DNA of 64,000 nucleotides, from NCBI RefSeq assembly GCF_009914755.1, contig NC_060930.1; one strand, 5' to 3'. Position 1 is the stretch's first letter. Every line of letters starts with the position of its first letter. The notes under the pieces were generated by a model that worked only from the letters and a program-made list of their open reading frames with translations, was not told where the DNA came from and searched no databases. The position numbers and the translations under genes are program-made. The DNA is from the human T2T-CHM13v2.0 reference genome, Homo sapiens. Shown one piece after another: positions 44,500-57,271 of the stretch.

Positions 44500-46250
44500 A
44501 AGTCACAAAAAGGAAATTCACCCATGGGATCATCGAGGCTCCAGATCTTTGGAAAAATTAAAAGTCCATGGAATAATCCAGGGAGCAACATGACTGGGTG
44601 AGTTCATAGAGGAAAGAAGACAATTTTGTGGGTAAGAGTGGAGAGGAGAAACAGCATTAGAATAACATCCACTTTAGAAAGCAGTGAGTGTTGGGAATAA
44701 TTTCCTTCTTACAAAACAGTCTGTCCATCTTTTGGAGGGGAGCTAACCGAGGGAATGCCTGAAGAGCAGGGTTTAATTGGTAGAAGACAAATAACTTTTA
44801 CAGAATTCTAATCAAAGTAATTACCAAACATCACAGAAATTTCTCACACTGAAGGGAATTGATGGCACAGGTCTTTTTCTTTCTTATGAATCTAAGTAAT
44901 TCTGGCCGAAATGTCACGGGGGAAATAAAAAGTCATGGTGCCCTAAGTTATTTTATCCATTCCATTAGTAACACTCTTTCATCAGCAGGGCGGGCCTTCA
45001 GAAAAGGGGTCATGCACCAATTATCATCTGTTGCACACACAACTTGCAGGACATTCCTGACGTTCCACATTTCCAGGACACAACTGAGATACTGCAAAAA
45101 ACAAACCAGTTACTTTCCCTCTGCCCGCAGAAGACCCCTTGAACAGCATCTTACTCTTCAGCAGCTCCTACAGAAAACCAAGTTATCAATGAGCTCCTAA
45201 ATAATTGGTATCACTTTTTATTGTTTCTGATTTTTCTCAGGTAGAGACACTAGTTATAGGATATACAATCTTTATTTTGATAGCATTGTTGGATTGACAG
45301 AAATTCAACTTGGTATGATATCATGCATGTATTTGAATTTTTTTAAATAAAAAAATTCCTAAATGTAATGATACCTTCATAATTCTGATGCAAGAGCCCT
45401 TTAAATTCTGTGTTAATGGAGAAGTATGACTGCCTTCTATGGTAATCCATCAATAATGAGTTGTTATATATTGAAATTTATTATGTGGAAAGAGTTTTCT
45501 TGCTAATTTTAATATCCTTGAAGGTAAGAGCTATGTTTAATTTCTCTTTCTTCCCTTACAACTTTGTGTTTGTACATGATAGATACTCAATAAATGTTTC
45601 TTAGTTAAATGATAGAATCAATCAATAAATGAAAGATTGAATTAGAGATGAGTATTAAAGACATAGACTCTGTCTCTAAGAACTTTAGAATGTAAATGGG
45701 TAGACAAGGCATAGTTTAATAAAGACGTAAACGTGGAATAGTAAGTGTCAAGCAAGTGGTACAGATGATAACTTTTAATGAAGTCCAGCAGAGGAAAGAC
45801 CTCAGGGTAAAAGTTGAACTTGAACTATACATTAACAAATTAGTAGGAATTCAGTAACTCAAAAAGATGTTAGGATATTACTCGCAGGTACTCCTAGTGA
45901 TAGAAGAAAAAACCTAGAGATGAAGGAACATTAGATGTGTTCTTGGGATTGTGAAGAGATCAGTTTAGGAGAGGAAGAAAAATAAAGGACATGGATGAGA
46001 AATAGGAGTGGAAGAAGAGATTGGAGTCACACTGGGAAGTCTGCAATGCCAAAGGAATCTGGACTTTATCCTATAGGCAAGGTTGAACTGTGTACAATTA
46101 CAGAATTCATTCCATCATCAACAGGTACTTATGAATTCCAGGCAAGACACTAGAGACACAAGTTAAGGACATACATAGACACAGTGCATGCCATGGAAGT
46201 GATAGGTCCAATGAGTGTGTGATGAGAGTGTGGTAGTTGAATCTATCTAG

Positions 46251-46420
46251 GCTGACTTAGCACGCAGGGCTGCTGGGACCAAGCCCTGCCTTTTGCTTTG
46301 GATATTCTCCACTGTTCCCAGATAAAGAAAATGATGGCAGCATGTAGACCCTTTTTCCCCACTGGAGCTGAAGTTCTACCAGAAAACCTTAGCAATGCTA
46401 ATTATTAGTGTTTATGAAGG
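46251..46420 (+). repeat. Copy 1 of locally duplicated module (paralogous to 48460-48705)
   Basis: First 81 nt align 67/81 with no gaps; two further collinear blocks. Confidence 0.9.
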
Positions 46421-48459
46421 CTTCTGAATCTATCATAAGACATGTAGGAAATTTCTAAATAATTTTCAAGTTCCTCAAAAATCACAGGGAAAAGTTGCCA
46501 TACTACTTAATACTTGACACATGGAACATGAATATTGTTTCTCCTTCAATCAGAACCTATGATAGAAAATAATTAAGATTTCTTTATATTTTAGTGACTT
46601 AAAATGAAAATGAAAGTTTAACTGTTAAAATGAAAACATACAGAGATATTTCATTATTTTTACCCCATATATGGCATGGCAAGAGCCAAAAAGTAACCAA
46701 TTTAATTTTTGGCAATGTAAAGAATTATCATGGTATTTTAGTATATGTGCTGCTGAGGTGAGTACTATCACGGTATTTTAAATACACATGAAGACACATG
46801 CGTCTTCATAACTGTATGACCACAGTCTTTTAACTTTCAAGTAAGAGGAGACTAAATTCTACCATGTTTGCAGAGGAGGTACCTTGGCCCTCACTAGAAA
46901 TTTAACTTTCTTTAAACACGAACTTCAAGCAAACGAATCTATTCAGAATTTTAATTTGGGTGGTGGGGGGGGGTGCTTTGCTTTTGTAAGAGAGCTTGAT
47001 AATCTTTCCCTGTTGAGCTCCTCAGTCTCCCAGGCTCCGTGGAGCTGCAGGATGTCATGCACTTGGACAGCAGCCACCTTGGAAAAATCTAAGCAGGCAT
47101 AACTTGGTGTTAATGACTTTGGTAGCTTAGAGAAATAAAAAACGAGGAGCAGGTCCTCATGCAAGGCCTACGGGGGCGAGGTGGTTTTCCTCTTTGCAGT
47201 AAGGTTTGCTCTTTGTAAGAATGCTCAGAGTTAGATTCCTGCTCCTGCTCCAACTGGTTCAGGCTGACAATTGTGAAATGCTTCCCTGCCTGTCCTAATC
47301 GAAGGCCCACAACCAGGACCACAGAAGCAACCTTGGTTTGTGATGGACCCTTGTCTAAGGATCAGGTTTCCAGCATCATTTTCTACTTGCAGGTAGTTTT
47401 ACCTGAATTTCTTCTTAGCTTTCCAGCATTTCCCGTGCCTGGGCCTCAGACAACTGTCTTCCCAATAACCTATGACTGACCTCCTTGGATCCCTGGTTTC
47501 TCCCTTGCTCTGACCTCTGCTAAATCCATATGCTGCAGATCTTTTACCTTGACTACCTGGCTCCTGACAGCTGGTTCATGCTTGCCTCAGCCAGGAGTGC
47601 AGACTCATACAGTTGTCAGATTTGCTGGTTGGGACCTAGACTTTGATTTCCTTGCTGAGCTGCTCTCCACAGACACCATACAGCTGTAAGACCTTATTCA
47701 GAAGGTTATGGAGTCACTTCCTTGGGAAGTTTTCATAAGAAAGGCTGAACAAACTTGCTTAGATAGTATGAGTCTAGCCTTAGACACAACAGCAGCCTTC
47801 TAATTTTATGATCCTTACCAACACTCTTACTACAAACCATACCGTGCCATTCTACAAACAATTTCTGTAAGTTGCAAAAATTTCTGACAACCCTATCTCA
47901 GGTTCAATTCCAGGTCTCCCTCACATAAGATGTGTCATGTATGTATGGATATAGGTCTCACAAACACTAAAAGAAATGTCAATTTAGGGTAATATATAGA
48001 AGCCAAAGCAAAAGACACACAAAAAATGAAGGCCTTATATTCTTCTCTGTCAATATTTCTAGTTAGAAATCCCAATTGACAACACTTATCATTCATTTTA
48101 CCTTTGGAGAGATTTCTGAGTACTTCCAGTCTCTTTTATTTGAATTATTTTGGCTTGCTTTTTATTTAAGGGATAGAAAAAAAAGGGGGGCATTCTGAAT
48201 TAAGCCTTCCCACATACATCTGTGTGAGGGAGATAGGTATCCAACATTCCACAGGTGATTCTGTGGCCAAAAAGCTTCAAGAGGGGAGCATGTCTTGAAA
48301 ACACAGACAAGATGAGTCAATATCAGACATCAGAGACCAGGAGTCCCCTGCTCATGAGCCCCAAGGCACTCCATGGTGGGATGTGAAGAAGCCCTCCCAG
48401 GTGAGGTGAGGCAGGCAGTGGGATTTGGCTGAAGGAAGCCTTTCTCTGTCTCCTGGTGT

Positions 48460-48705
48460 GCTGACTTAGTGCACAGGGCTGCTGGGCCCAAGCCCTGCCT
48501 TTCATATTGGACATTTTCCAATCTGCCCAGATAGAGAAAACAAACAATGGCAGCATGAAGAGGGGCCATCTCCAGGTAATTCATCTGACTTCCAACTGTC
48601 CAGGGTTCTCCCATCAGAGCTGAAATACTACCCGGCAGACTGGCCATCAGGCAGCCGGACCTGGATATTTCCTTCAGCAGTGCTAATTCCTAGTGTCTTT
48701 ACAGG
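48460..48705 (+). repeat. Copy 2 of locally duplicated module
   Basis: See copy 1; longer by two ~35-bp segments. Confidence 0.9.
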
Positions 48706-48775
48706 AATCCTGACCCAGAAAGTCACCTCAATAGGTAAGAGGTTAAAAAAGCACAAACAGGGGAAACAAACTGGG

Positions 48776-48921
48776 TGATAAAAATTCTTGAGCCCTGGGG
48801 AGCTCAGAAAGGGGATTTGGAGCACAATTCACACTTGGGCCAGCCAGCTCTGTTCACGCTGATAAGTTGTTTTTTGAGAAAAACAAATGAATTCATATCT
48901 GATAAACCAGCACATTGATAA
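48776..48921 (+). promoter_or_regulatory. GATA motif cluster, candidate enhancer
   Basis: TGATAA at 48776, 48860, 48900, 48916; CTG-N7-TGATAA half-E-box/GATA composite at 48850-48865. Confidence 0.45.
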
Positions 48922-50679
48922 TACCAAATTCCTTTTCCCTTTCTAAGGCTCTGTCAGGGAGGAGGGATAGATTATTTTTGCTGTGCAGGGGCAGAGAGGG
49001 TGGTAAGATTTACTGTAGATGCTACACAATGAAATATTTTTTGGTTTAATCAGTTTTGCAGGAATTGTACTGTTAAATGTCCCTTATTAAGAAATACCTT
49101 TATGTCCCCGTAAGAGTATTAGAATGACAGTTGATAAAATCTGTTTTAAAAGTGTTCATTGTTCCCATCACAAGTAAGAGCACCTTGGTTGATCCCAGGA
49201 GAGTTTTGATAAATTTTTATGTTTTTGAGGGGTTAGACCAAGTGCTGTTCCTCCTAAATGGTATTTTCTATTGTATATACATGTACATAAAAATTATTCT
49301 CCATGTCACCATCCTCAGACACCTAGCAACCAGTGACCCCCTCTCAAACAAAAAAACAAAACAAAACAAAACAAAAAAAACAGAGTCAATAAATTAGCCT
49401 GGAGCTGCATTCTGAATGGTAGCTCTCTAGCACTTACATCCATGAGTACTTTACTACATTCGTTAAAAGGTAGAACGCAAGTCAAAAATTCCTGAATAAT
49501 CTACTGGCTGTAAGCAGGACATATGGAGCAGAAAGAGAGCCCGGTAGAATAATTTTTTCTTCTCTCTGGGTATTTTGAAAATTAGTTTCTATAAAAGATG
49601 ATGTTTAAGCTGGGTCTTAAAAAGTGGATAGGAAATAGGCAAGTGGAAGTACTCTTCCAAATACACCTAGCACAGTGTATGCATGCTCAATTATTTAGTC
49701 ATGCATTTATTCAGTCACTCATTAATTCATTCAGCGGAAAAGCTCAATACACACTGAAGATAGAATTCTCAGGCAGATAGACTTGATTGTTTTCATCACA
49801 CAAGATAACGTAGTCACTTGGCTACAGAGAAGTAGACAATTATAATACAGTGATCAATACTATAGAGGACAAAGAAAGAGAGGCAGGTGCTTCAGCAACA
49901 GAGAGTAGAAGGGCAAAGAAAGGTAGGCTCTGTCTTCCACCCTGCCCCCTTTTCAGCCCTTCCTCTCTAAAACACAGAGAAATGTTCTCTTGTCATTGTT
50001 TTCATAGCCACGTATCAACTGATTCCTCGGAGTCCCTTAGGAGAGTATCTGATATGATTTTGGCCAAAATATTCAGAATCAAGGTTATATTAATCCACCT
50101 ATTTTGTTCCCTTGAGTCTAAATTAATGGGTCTTTCTTAAAATATGAATTTGATTTTATTTCTACCACTGAATCCAGGCCCTGGCAGAGGCCCTGCTCAA
50201 TCCTCATTGCTCAGGGCTGTGGGTTAATGACAGTTTTCAGAGTCCCAGGTACAGTCCTGCTGATTCGTGTTGGGATGTGGATGTCACCCCTGTCTCACCT
50301 GCTGCTAGCCCACATAGAAATGAGGTGTCAGATGCCTCTTTGTGCCTCAGTTTCCATTAATTTTAAATAAGAAGTTCAGATTAAAGGAACTCTAAGGTCC
50401 CTTCAATCCTTTGACTTTCAAAATTTTCCCTTTCATTCATTTATTGAGAGATGAGTCTTTGAAATCAATGGTGCTTTTGCATCATTAGAGGGCAGACTTC
50501 CCTTGGAGTAGGAAATGAAGGAGAGTTTTGAGAAATTAAAATATTTGATATGAAGCATTGGATTCCTCTTCTGATGGGCGAGCACGAGAGAGAGGAGGAA
50601 TAGAAGAGCGAATGAAGATGATGAAGCAATTACCCACTAACCCTAGAGCAAATGTCCTCTACTGATCAAATTCTTATAG

Positions 50680-50910
50680 TATAGTGTGTTGAGCTACAAG
50701 TCCCATTGGAAGGTCGTGAAATCAGCATTAAAAAATGAAAGAAATTAAAGAGAATAGAAAATAGGCTACATTTTACATGAGAAGAAGAGATACTGTTTCA
50801 TGAAATTCTTTTTCTTATCCACTATATGTGTGGGGGTGTGTTTACTAAATCACACTACAAAATTTATTTTTCAATGATTGTAAAGGTAACACACTTTAAA
50901 AATATTGAGC
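50680..50910. mobile_element. hAT-Charlie MITE remnant
   Basis: CCCATTGGAAGGTCGTGAAATCAGCATTAAAAAATGAAA..ACTGTTTCATGAAA; family uncertain. Confidence 0.55.
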
Positions 50911-51296
50911 TAAGGGATTAAATGTTACTTTTAGGTTAAATGTTCAAAATATTTATACGTTAATATGTAAATGGGAGTTTTTGATCTTCTTGAAGCAAAG
51001 CAAGAATGCATAGATAAACCAGAGTAATAAGTATTGAAAATCTAGTAATCTTGAGTGAATAAAATACATTCTGTTTCATTGCAGATACAAACATCTACTG
51101 GGGAACTCCTAGCATGTTTCCTTAAAAGTCCTTTTTTAAAAAAATAAATCTCATTAAACTGAATATTGGCTTTGAAGACAGACAAGCCTGCATTTAGAGC
51201 CCAATTTTACCGTTCCCTAGACGTTTGACTTTGAGAAAATTACTTTGCCTCCTTCTACACCTATCAGTTGCTTTATCTTTAAAATTATGGTAATCA

Positions 51297-51578
51297 GACT
51301 GGGCGCGGTGGCTCACGCCTGTAATATCAGCACTTTAAGAGGCTGAGGTGGGCGGATCACGAGGTCAGGAGTTCGAGACCAGCCTGGCCAACAAGGTAAA
51401 ACCCCATCTCTACTAAAAACACAGGCGTGGTGGTGCGCGCCTGTAATCCCAGCTACTCGAGAGGCTGAGGCAGGAGAATCACTTGAACCTGGGAGGTGAA
51501 GATTTCAGTGAGCCGAGATTGTGCCATTGCACTCCAGCCTGGGCAATAGAGTGAGACTCTGTCTCAAAAAAAAAAAAA
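51297..51578 (+). mobile_element. AluSg-like, inserted in a MIR
   Basis: GGATCACGAGGTCAGGAGTTCGAG; exact TSD AAAATTATGGTAATCA at 51281-51296 and 51575-51590. Confidence 0.95.
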
Positions 51579-51627
51579 TTATGGTAATCATACTTTGCAC
51601 ACAGAGTTTTTTGATTTTGGTTTTTTT

Positions 51628-52843
51628 AGGGGGAACTGCTTCATGAAAATTTTCTGAGCAAGGATTTTTTTGGATAAGAACTGAAAAGCTCAGGCAACGA
51701 AAGCAAAAATAGACAAACATGTTTATGTCAAACTAAAAAGCTGCACAGCAAAGAAAATAATTAACAGAGTGAAGAGACAACCTATAGAATGGGAGAAAAT
51801 ATTTGCAAATCATGCATCTGACAAAAGGTTAACATCTAGAATATATAAGGAACTCAATTCAATAGAAAAAATATTCGGTTTAAAAATTGGCAAAAGATCT
51901 GAAGAGACATTTCTCAAAAGGAGACATACGAATTACCTACAGGTATCTATGAAAAAAATCTTCAACACCTCTAATCATCAGGGAAATGTAAATCAAAACC
52001 TCAATGAGATACTACTTTACCCCAGTGAGAATGGTTGTCATCAAAAAGACAAAAAATAACGTATCCTGGTGAAGATGCAGAGAAAAGGGAACTCTTAAAC
52101 ACTGTTGTAGGAATGTAAATTAGTACAGAAAATATGTACAACCGTATGGAGGTTCCTCAAAAAATTAAACATAGAACTACGATGTGAGCCAACAATCACA
52201 CTATTGGGTTTATAGCCAAGGGAAATAAAATCAGTATGTTGAGCAGACATCTGCACTCCCATGTTTATTGCAGCCACATACACAATAGCCGAGATATGAA
52301 ATCAACCCAAGTGTCCATCCATAGATGAATGAATTTAAAAATGTAGTACATACACATAATGGAATATTATTCACCATAAAGAACAATGAAATCCTATCAT
52401 TTGCAACAACATGGATGAACCTACAGGGACATTATGTTAAGTGACATAAGCCAAGCACAGAAGGACAAGTATCTAAAAAAGTTGATCTCCAAAAACTGGA
52501 GAGTAGAATACTGGTTACCAGAGGCTGGGGAGGGGAAAGAAAGAGGGGGAAATGAAGAGAGGTTGGTCAATGGGTCCCAAGTTACAGTTAGAAAGGAGGA
52601 ATAAGTTCTGGTGCTGTATATCACAGGAGCGTCATTGTAGTTAACAATAACGTCTTGTATATTTCAAAATAGCTAGAGGAGAATATTTCGAATGTTCTTA
52701 CCACAAAGAAATGGCAAGTATTTTGAGGTGATGGTTATGCTAATTACTCCAATTTTATTATCACATAAGGCATACATGTACCAAAACATCACTCTGTACC
52801 CCATAAATATGTACAATTATTAGGTGTTAATTACAAACACAAT
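51628..52843 (+). mobile_element. L1MA 3' portion
   Basis: ORF 51769 [18 protein letters not shown]; L1MA 3'UTR GGAGGAATAAGTTCTGGTG..GTACCCCATAAATATGTACAATTATT. Confidence 0.92.
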
Positions 52844-53482
52844 TTTACACATTTTATTTTATTTATAATTGACAACTGATACTTGTACATACACACAGTT
52901 GTTTTAACAACTAAATCAGCCAATGTATGTCAAGTGTTTAGCCCAGTCTCTGGCACATAGTAAGCTCTCAATTAATGATAGTTTTCATGGTTGAAAGAAA
53001 ATTAAATAGTTTTTTACTCTCCTAATTAGGAAGCCCAAGCGCAAGACAAGCCGTGTGACAGCTGACGAAACGATGCAGAGCTCACCTCTGAGCAGGCTGA
53101 GTCTCTGTGCTCACCTGCCCCTGAGAAATGATGATGAATCAGGTGAGAATAATAAATTAGCACAGATAGCAAACAATAAAAGTTGATCTCAGCTCATATG
53201 CATTCCTTCAAACTGCCTCTTCAATCTGGTTAAGAGACTACATCATTTATGGGTTATTTTCCAGTTGAAAAACCAAAGAACAGGCACTCTCTGTTCAAGG
53301 TAAGTGAACTGCTGACTTGGGACAATTTACTGCCCTGAATGGGATCCTGCTTCTCACCTCTGTTTCTGGTCATGATTCTGAGGACTAACATAAAACATCA
53401 TGTTTCCATGCAGTAGCTTTTAGAGTGTCCCATGACAGAGGAGCAGCACATAGGTTATGCAGTTGTTTTTAAAATGAGTGTC

Positions 53483-55303
53483 CAACAGCGACCAAGCTGA
53501 GAATCAAATCAAGAACTCAACCCCTTTTACAATAGCTGCAAAATACACACACACACATACACAAACACACACACACACAAAACAAAAAAACAAAAAAAAC
53601 TTAGGACTACCTAACCAAGGAGGCGAAAGACCTCTATAAGTGAAACTACAAAACACTGCTGAAAGAAATCATAGATGACACAAACAAATGGAAACACATC
53701 CCATGCTCATGGATGGGTAGAATCAATACTGAGAAAATGACCATACTGCCAAAAGCAATCTACAAATTCAATGCAATCCCTATCAAAATACCACCATCAT
53801 TCTTCACAGAACTAGAAAAAACAATCCTAAAATTCACATGGAACCAAAAAAAGGCCCACATAGCCAAAGCAAGACTAAGCAAAAAAAAAAAAAAAAAAAA
53901 AATCTGGAGGCATTACATTACTTGATTTCAAACTATATTGTTAGGCCATAATCACCAAAACAGCATGGGACTCGTACAAAAATAGGCACATAGACCAGTG
54001 GAACAGAGTAGAGAACCCAGAAATAAACCCAAATACTTACAGCCAACTGATCTTCAACAAAGCAAACAAAAACATAAAGTGGGGAAAGGACACCCTATTC
54101 AATAAATGGTACTGGGATAATTGGCAAGCCACATGTAGGAGAATGAAACTGAATCCTCATCTCTCACCTTATATAAAAATCAACTCAAGATGGACCAACG
54201 ACTTAAATCTAAGATCTGGAAACTAAAAATTCTAGAAGATAACGTTGGAAAACCTTCTAGACATTGGCTTAGGCAAGGATTTCATGACCAAGAACCCAAA
54301 AGCAAATGCAATAAAAACAAAGATAAATAGCTGGGACTTAATTAAACTAAAGAGCTTTTCCAAGGCAAAAGGAACAGTCAGCAGAGTAAAGAGACAACCC
54401 ACAGAGTGGGAGAAAATCTTCACAATCTATACATCTGACAAAGGATTAATATCCAGAATTTGTAACAAATATGAATAGACAGTTCTCAAAAGAAGACATA
54501 CAAATGTCCAACAAACATATGAAAAAATTCTCAACACCACTAATGATCAGGGAAATGCAAATCAAAACCACAATGTGATACCTCCTTACTCCTGCAAGAA
54601 TGGCCATAATCAAAAAATCAAAAAAATAATAGATATTGGCATGGATGTGGTGATCAGGGAACACTTCTACACTGCTGGTGGGAATGTAAATTAGTACAAC
54701 CACTATGGAAAACAGTATGGAGATTCCTTAAAGAACTAAAAGTAGAACTACCATTTATTCCAGTAATTCCACTACCGGTTATCTACCCAGAGGAAAATAA
54801 GTCATTATATGAAAAAGATACTTGCACATGCATGTTTTTGACAGCATAATTCACAATTGCAAAAATCTGGAACCAACCCAAATGCCCATCAATCAATGAG
54901 TGGATAACAAAACTGTGGTATATGTATGATGGAATACTACTCAGCCATAAAAAGGAATGAATTAATGGCATTCACAGCAACCTAGATGAGATTGGAAACT
55001 ATTATTCTAAGTGAAGTAACTCAGGAATGGAAAACCAAGCATCGTATGTTCTCACTGATAAGTGGGAGCTAAACTATGAGGATGCAAAGGCATAAGAATG
55101 ACACAATGGGCTTTGGGGGCTCAGAGAAAAGGGTGGGAAGGGTGTGAGGGATAAAATACTACAAATTGGGTGCAGTGTATACTGCTCAGGTGATGGGTGC
55201 ACCAAAATCTCACAAATCACCACTAAAGAACCTTCTCATGTAACCAAACACCACCTGTTCCCCGATAACCTATGGAAATAAAATAAATAAAAATAAAATA
55301 AAA
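53483..55303 (+). mobile_element. L1PB1-like 5'-truncated insertion
   Basis: ORF2 remnants (ORFs 53713, 54245); 3'UTR GGTGATGGGTGCACCAAAATCTCACAAATCACCACTAAAGAA; TTTTT/AAAA site with decayed TSD AAAATGAGTGTC/AAAATGGGCATC; short deletion near 54465. Confidence 0.95.
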
Positions 55304-55964
55304 TGGGCATCTAAAAGCCTTTTATTATTTGTGAATATTGCCAACTGGAAGTGATTAAATTCATGTGACATTCATGAAATATAGAACACCTCTTTAATGG
55401 AAGTTCATTTTGAGCCTTTTCTTATGGTCAACAAACCTCAGGGGATCTAGATTTGAAACTTTGCAGAGATTAAGCATCCAGTCTACAAGTTTACATGTGC
55501 AGATGAATAGATCAATGGCTTGTCTAAAACACAAAATAGATCACTAATTTTGTTAATTGTAAGATGTTATAGGGATCATCCAGAACAAATCCTTCATTTT
55601 ACAGACGTGGAAATAAATCCAGAGGCATTAGGCTGCCCAGTTTTTCACATGGATAGTATGTGGCTCAGGACTTGAACTCAGACAGTCTGTCTCCAAGCCC
55701 AGTACTCTTCCCCTGTATTCTAGATTCTCAACAATGGGTATGAAGTAAAGGCAGTTCGTATAGTTCAAGGTCATGGCAGGACTATTTGGAGTCGCCTTCA
55801 CAAAGCAAGCCAGCCAATTCTCACTCAGCCTGGACATAGGACAGACTTTCCAAGAGAGGCAGGAAACTGGGCTTTCTGCCACCCAACATCCCATTTTTCT
55901 CTTGAAAATGCAAAAAGAGACTGATTTCATTTCTGAAGGGCACTTGATTATATGATTGAAAAGC

Positions 55965-56465
55965 CCAGTAATTATTTTTGACCTTCAACCCAATGATTCC
56001 ACTCCTAGAAATTAATCACTAAAAAAAAGAACCTGGATGAGAGGAAGGATTTAGCTTCAAGAATGGCATAAAGTTGTTTTTACAATGACAAGATCCTGTA
56101 CCCAAGAGAATTGTTTAAATAAGCTCCGATATATTTATATCATAGTTTATTTTATTTTACAGCCACAAAAATGATATTACAAGAAAATAACATCTAATAA
56201 CCTGGGGAAATGTTCTGGATATGTTGCTCAGGAAGGTATCTTACAAAACAGCATGTGCAAAATGATTCTTATTTTGTAACAAAAATCTATATTTATACCT
56301 ATATTTGTTTAATAGAAGGACTCAGATAAAATATCCCAATGTATCAAGAGTCAGCAATAGAATGTTTGGTCATTAATATTTTTGCCTTTAGAGTTTTGTT
56401 CTATTTTCCAAAGTTTTGAATATGAACATGCATTATTCCTATAATGAGACTAAAAATATTATTTA
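55965..56465 (+). mobile_element. L1ME4-like 3' fragment
   Basis: ACCTTCAACCCAATGATTCCACTCCTAGAAATT..TTACAAAACAGCATGT. Confidence 0.65.
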
Positions 56466-56944
56466 AAGCTAAAGTCTTATTTCCTCCCTCAATATGCCTC
56501 TGGGGTAGTCCAGTAAGCTGAGGATGTAGGATAGCACTTCAGGCCTTTAATGGTGGTGACAATGAAGGGGACAGAGATAGAGACATAGTCTGAGGATTTA
56601 TCACATATAGTACTTTCAATCCCTTGGGCTATTGTATCATCAAGCACAAAATTTTTTTCTTAATGGTACCTTCTACAGTGCTTTATAAGTCTCAAACATT
56701 TTTTAGACAAAGGCCAAGTTAAGCAGGAAAAAAGGTCCATGACCTACTCAGTCTGTCTATTCACACTTTCCACTAGGAAAATGAACACCTTGGTCTTATA
56801 AAAGTGGAAAGAAACAAGATCAAACACATTACAGCAAACTTATTGGCAATATATAAGAATCACTAATCAATGTATGTGAAAAGCATCTGAGCTTATACAC
56901 ATGATTTCACGTTGTGATGCTGTGTCATGTAAACCTGAAACTAA

Positions 56945-57271
<327 letters not shown>

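Noticed and set aside
47290-47690. Pyrimidine-rich stretch resembling an ancient Gypsy-type LTR
   Set aside because: Too diverged to assign without a Dfam search.
53115-53120. Possible 6-nt minus-strand microexon (ttctcag|GGGCAG|gtgagc)
   Set aside because: No coding host gene identified; cannot be supported.
53265-53299. Plus-strand 35-nt exon-like segment (ttttccag ... AAG|gtaagt)
   Set aside because: Isolated, with no partner exons found; illustrates how often pseudo-exons occur.
53713-54478. ORFs resembling reverse transcriptase/ORF2p
   Set aside because: Frameshifted fragments of a truncated L1PB; same for 7341-7714, 29151-29426 and 51769-52059.
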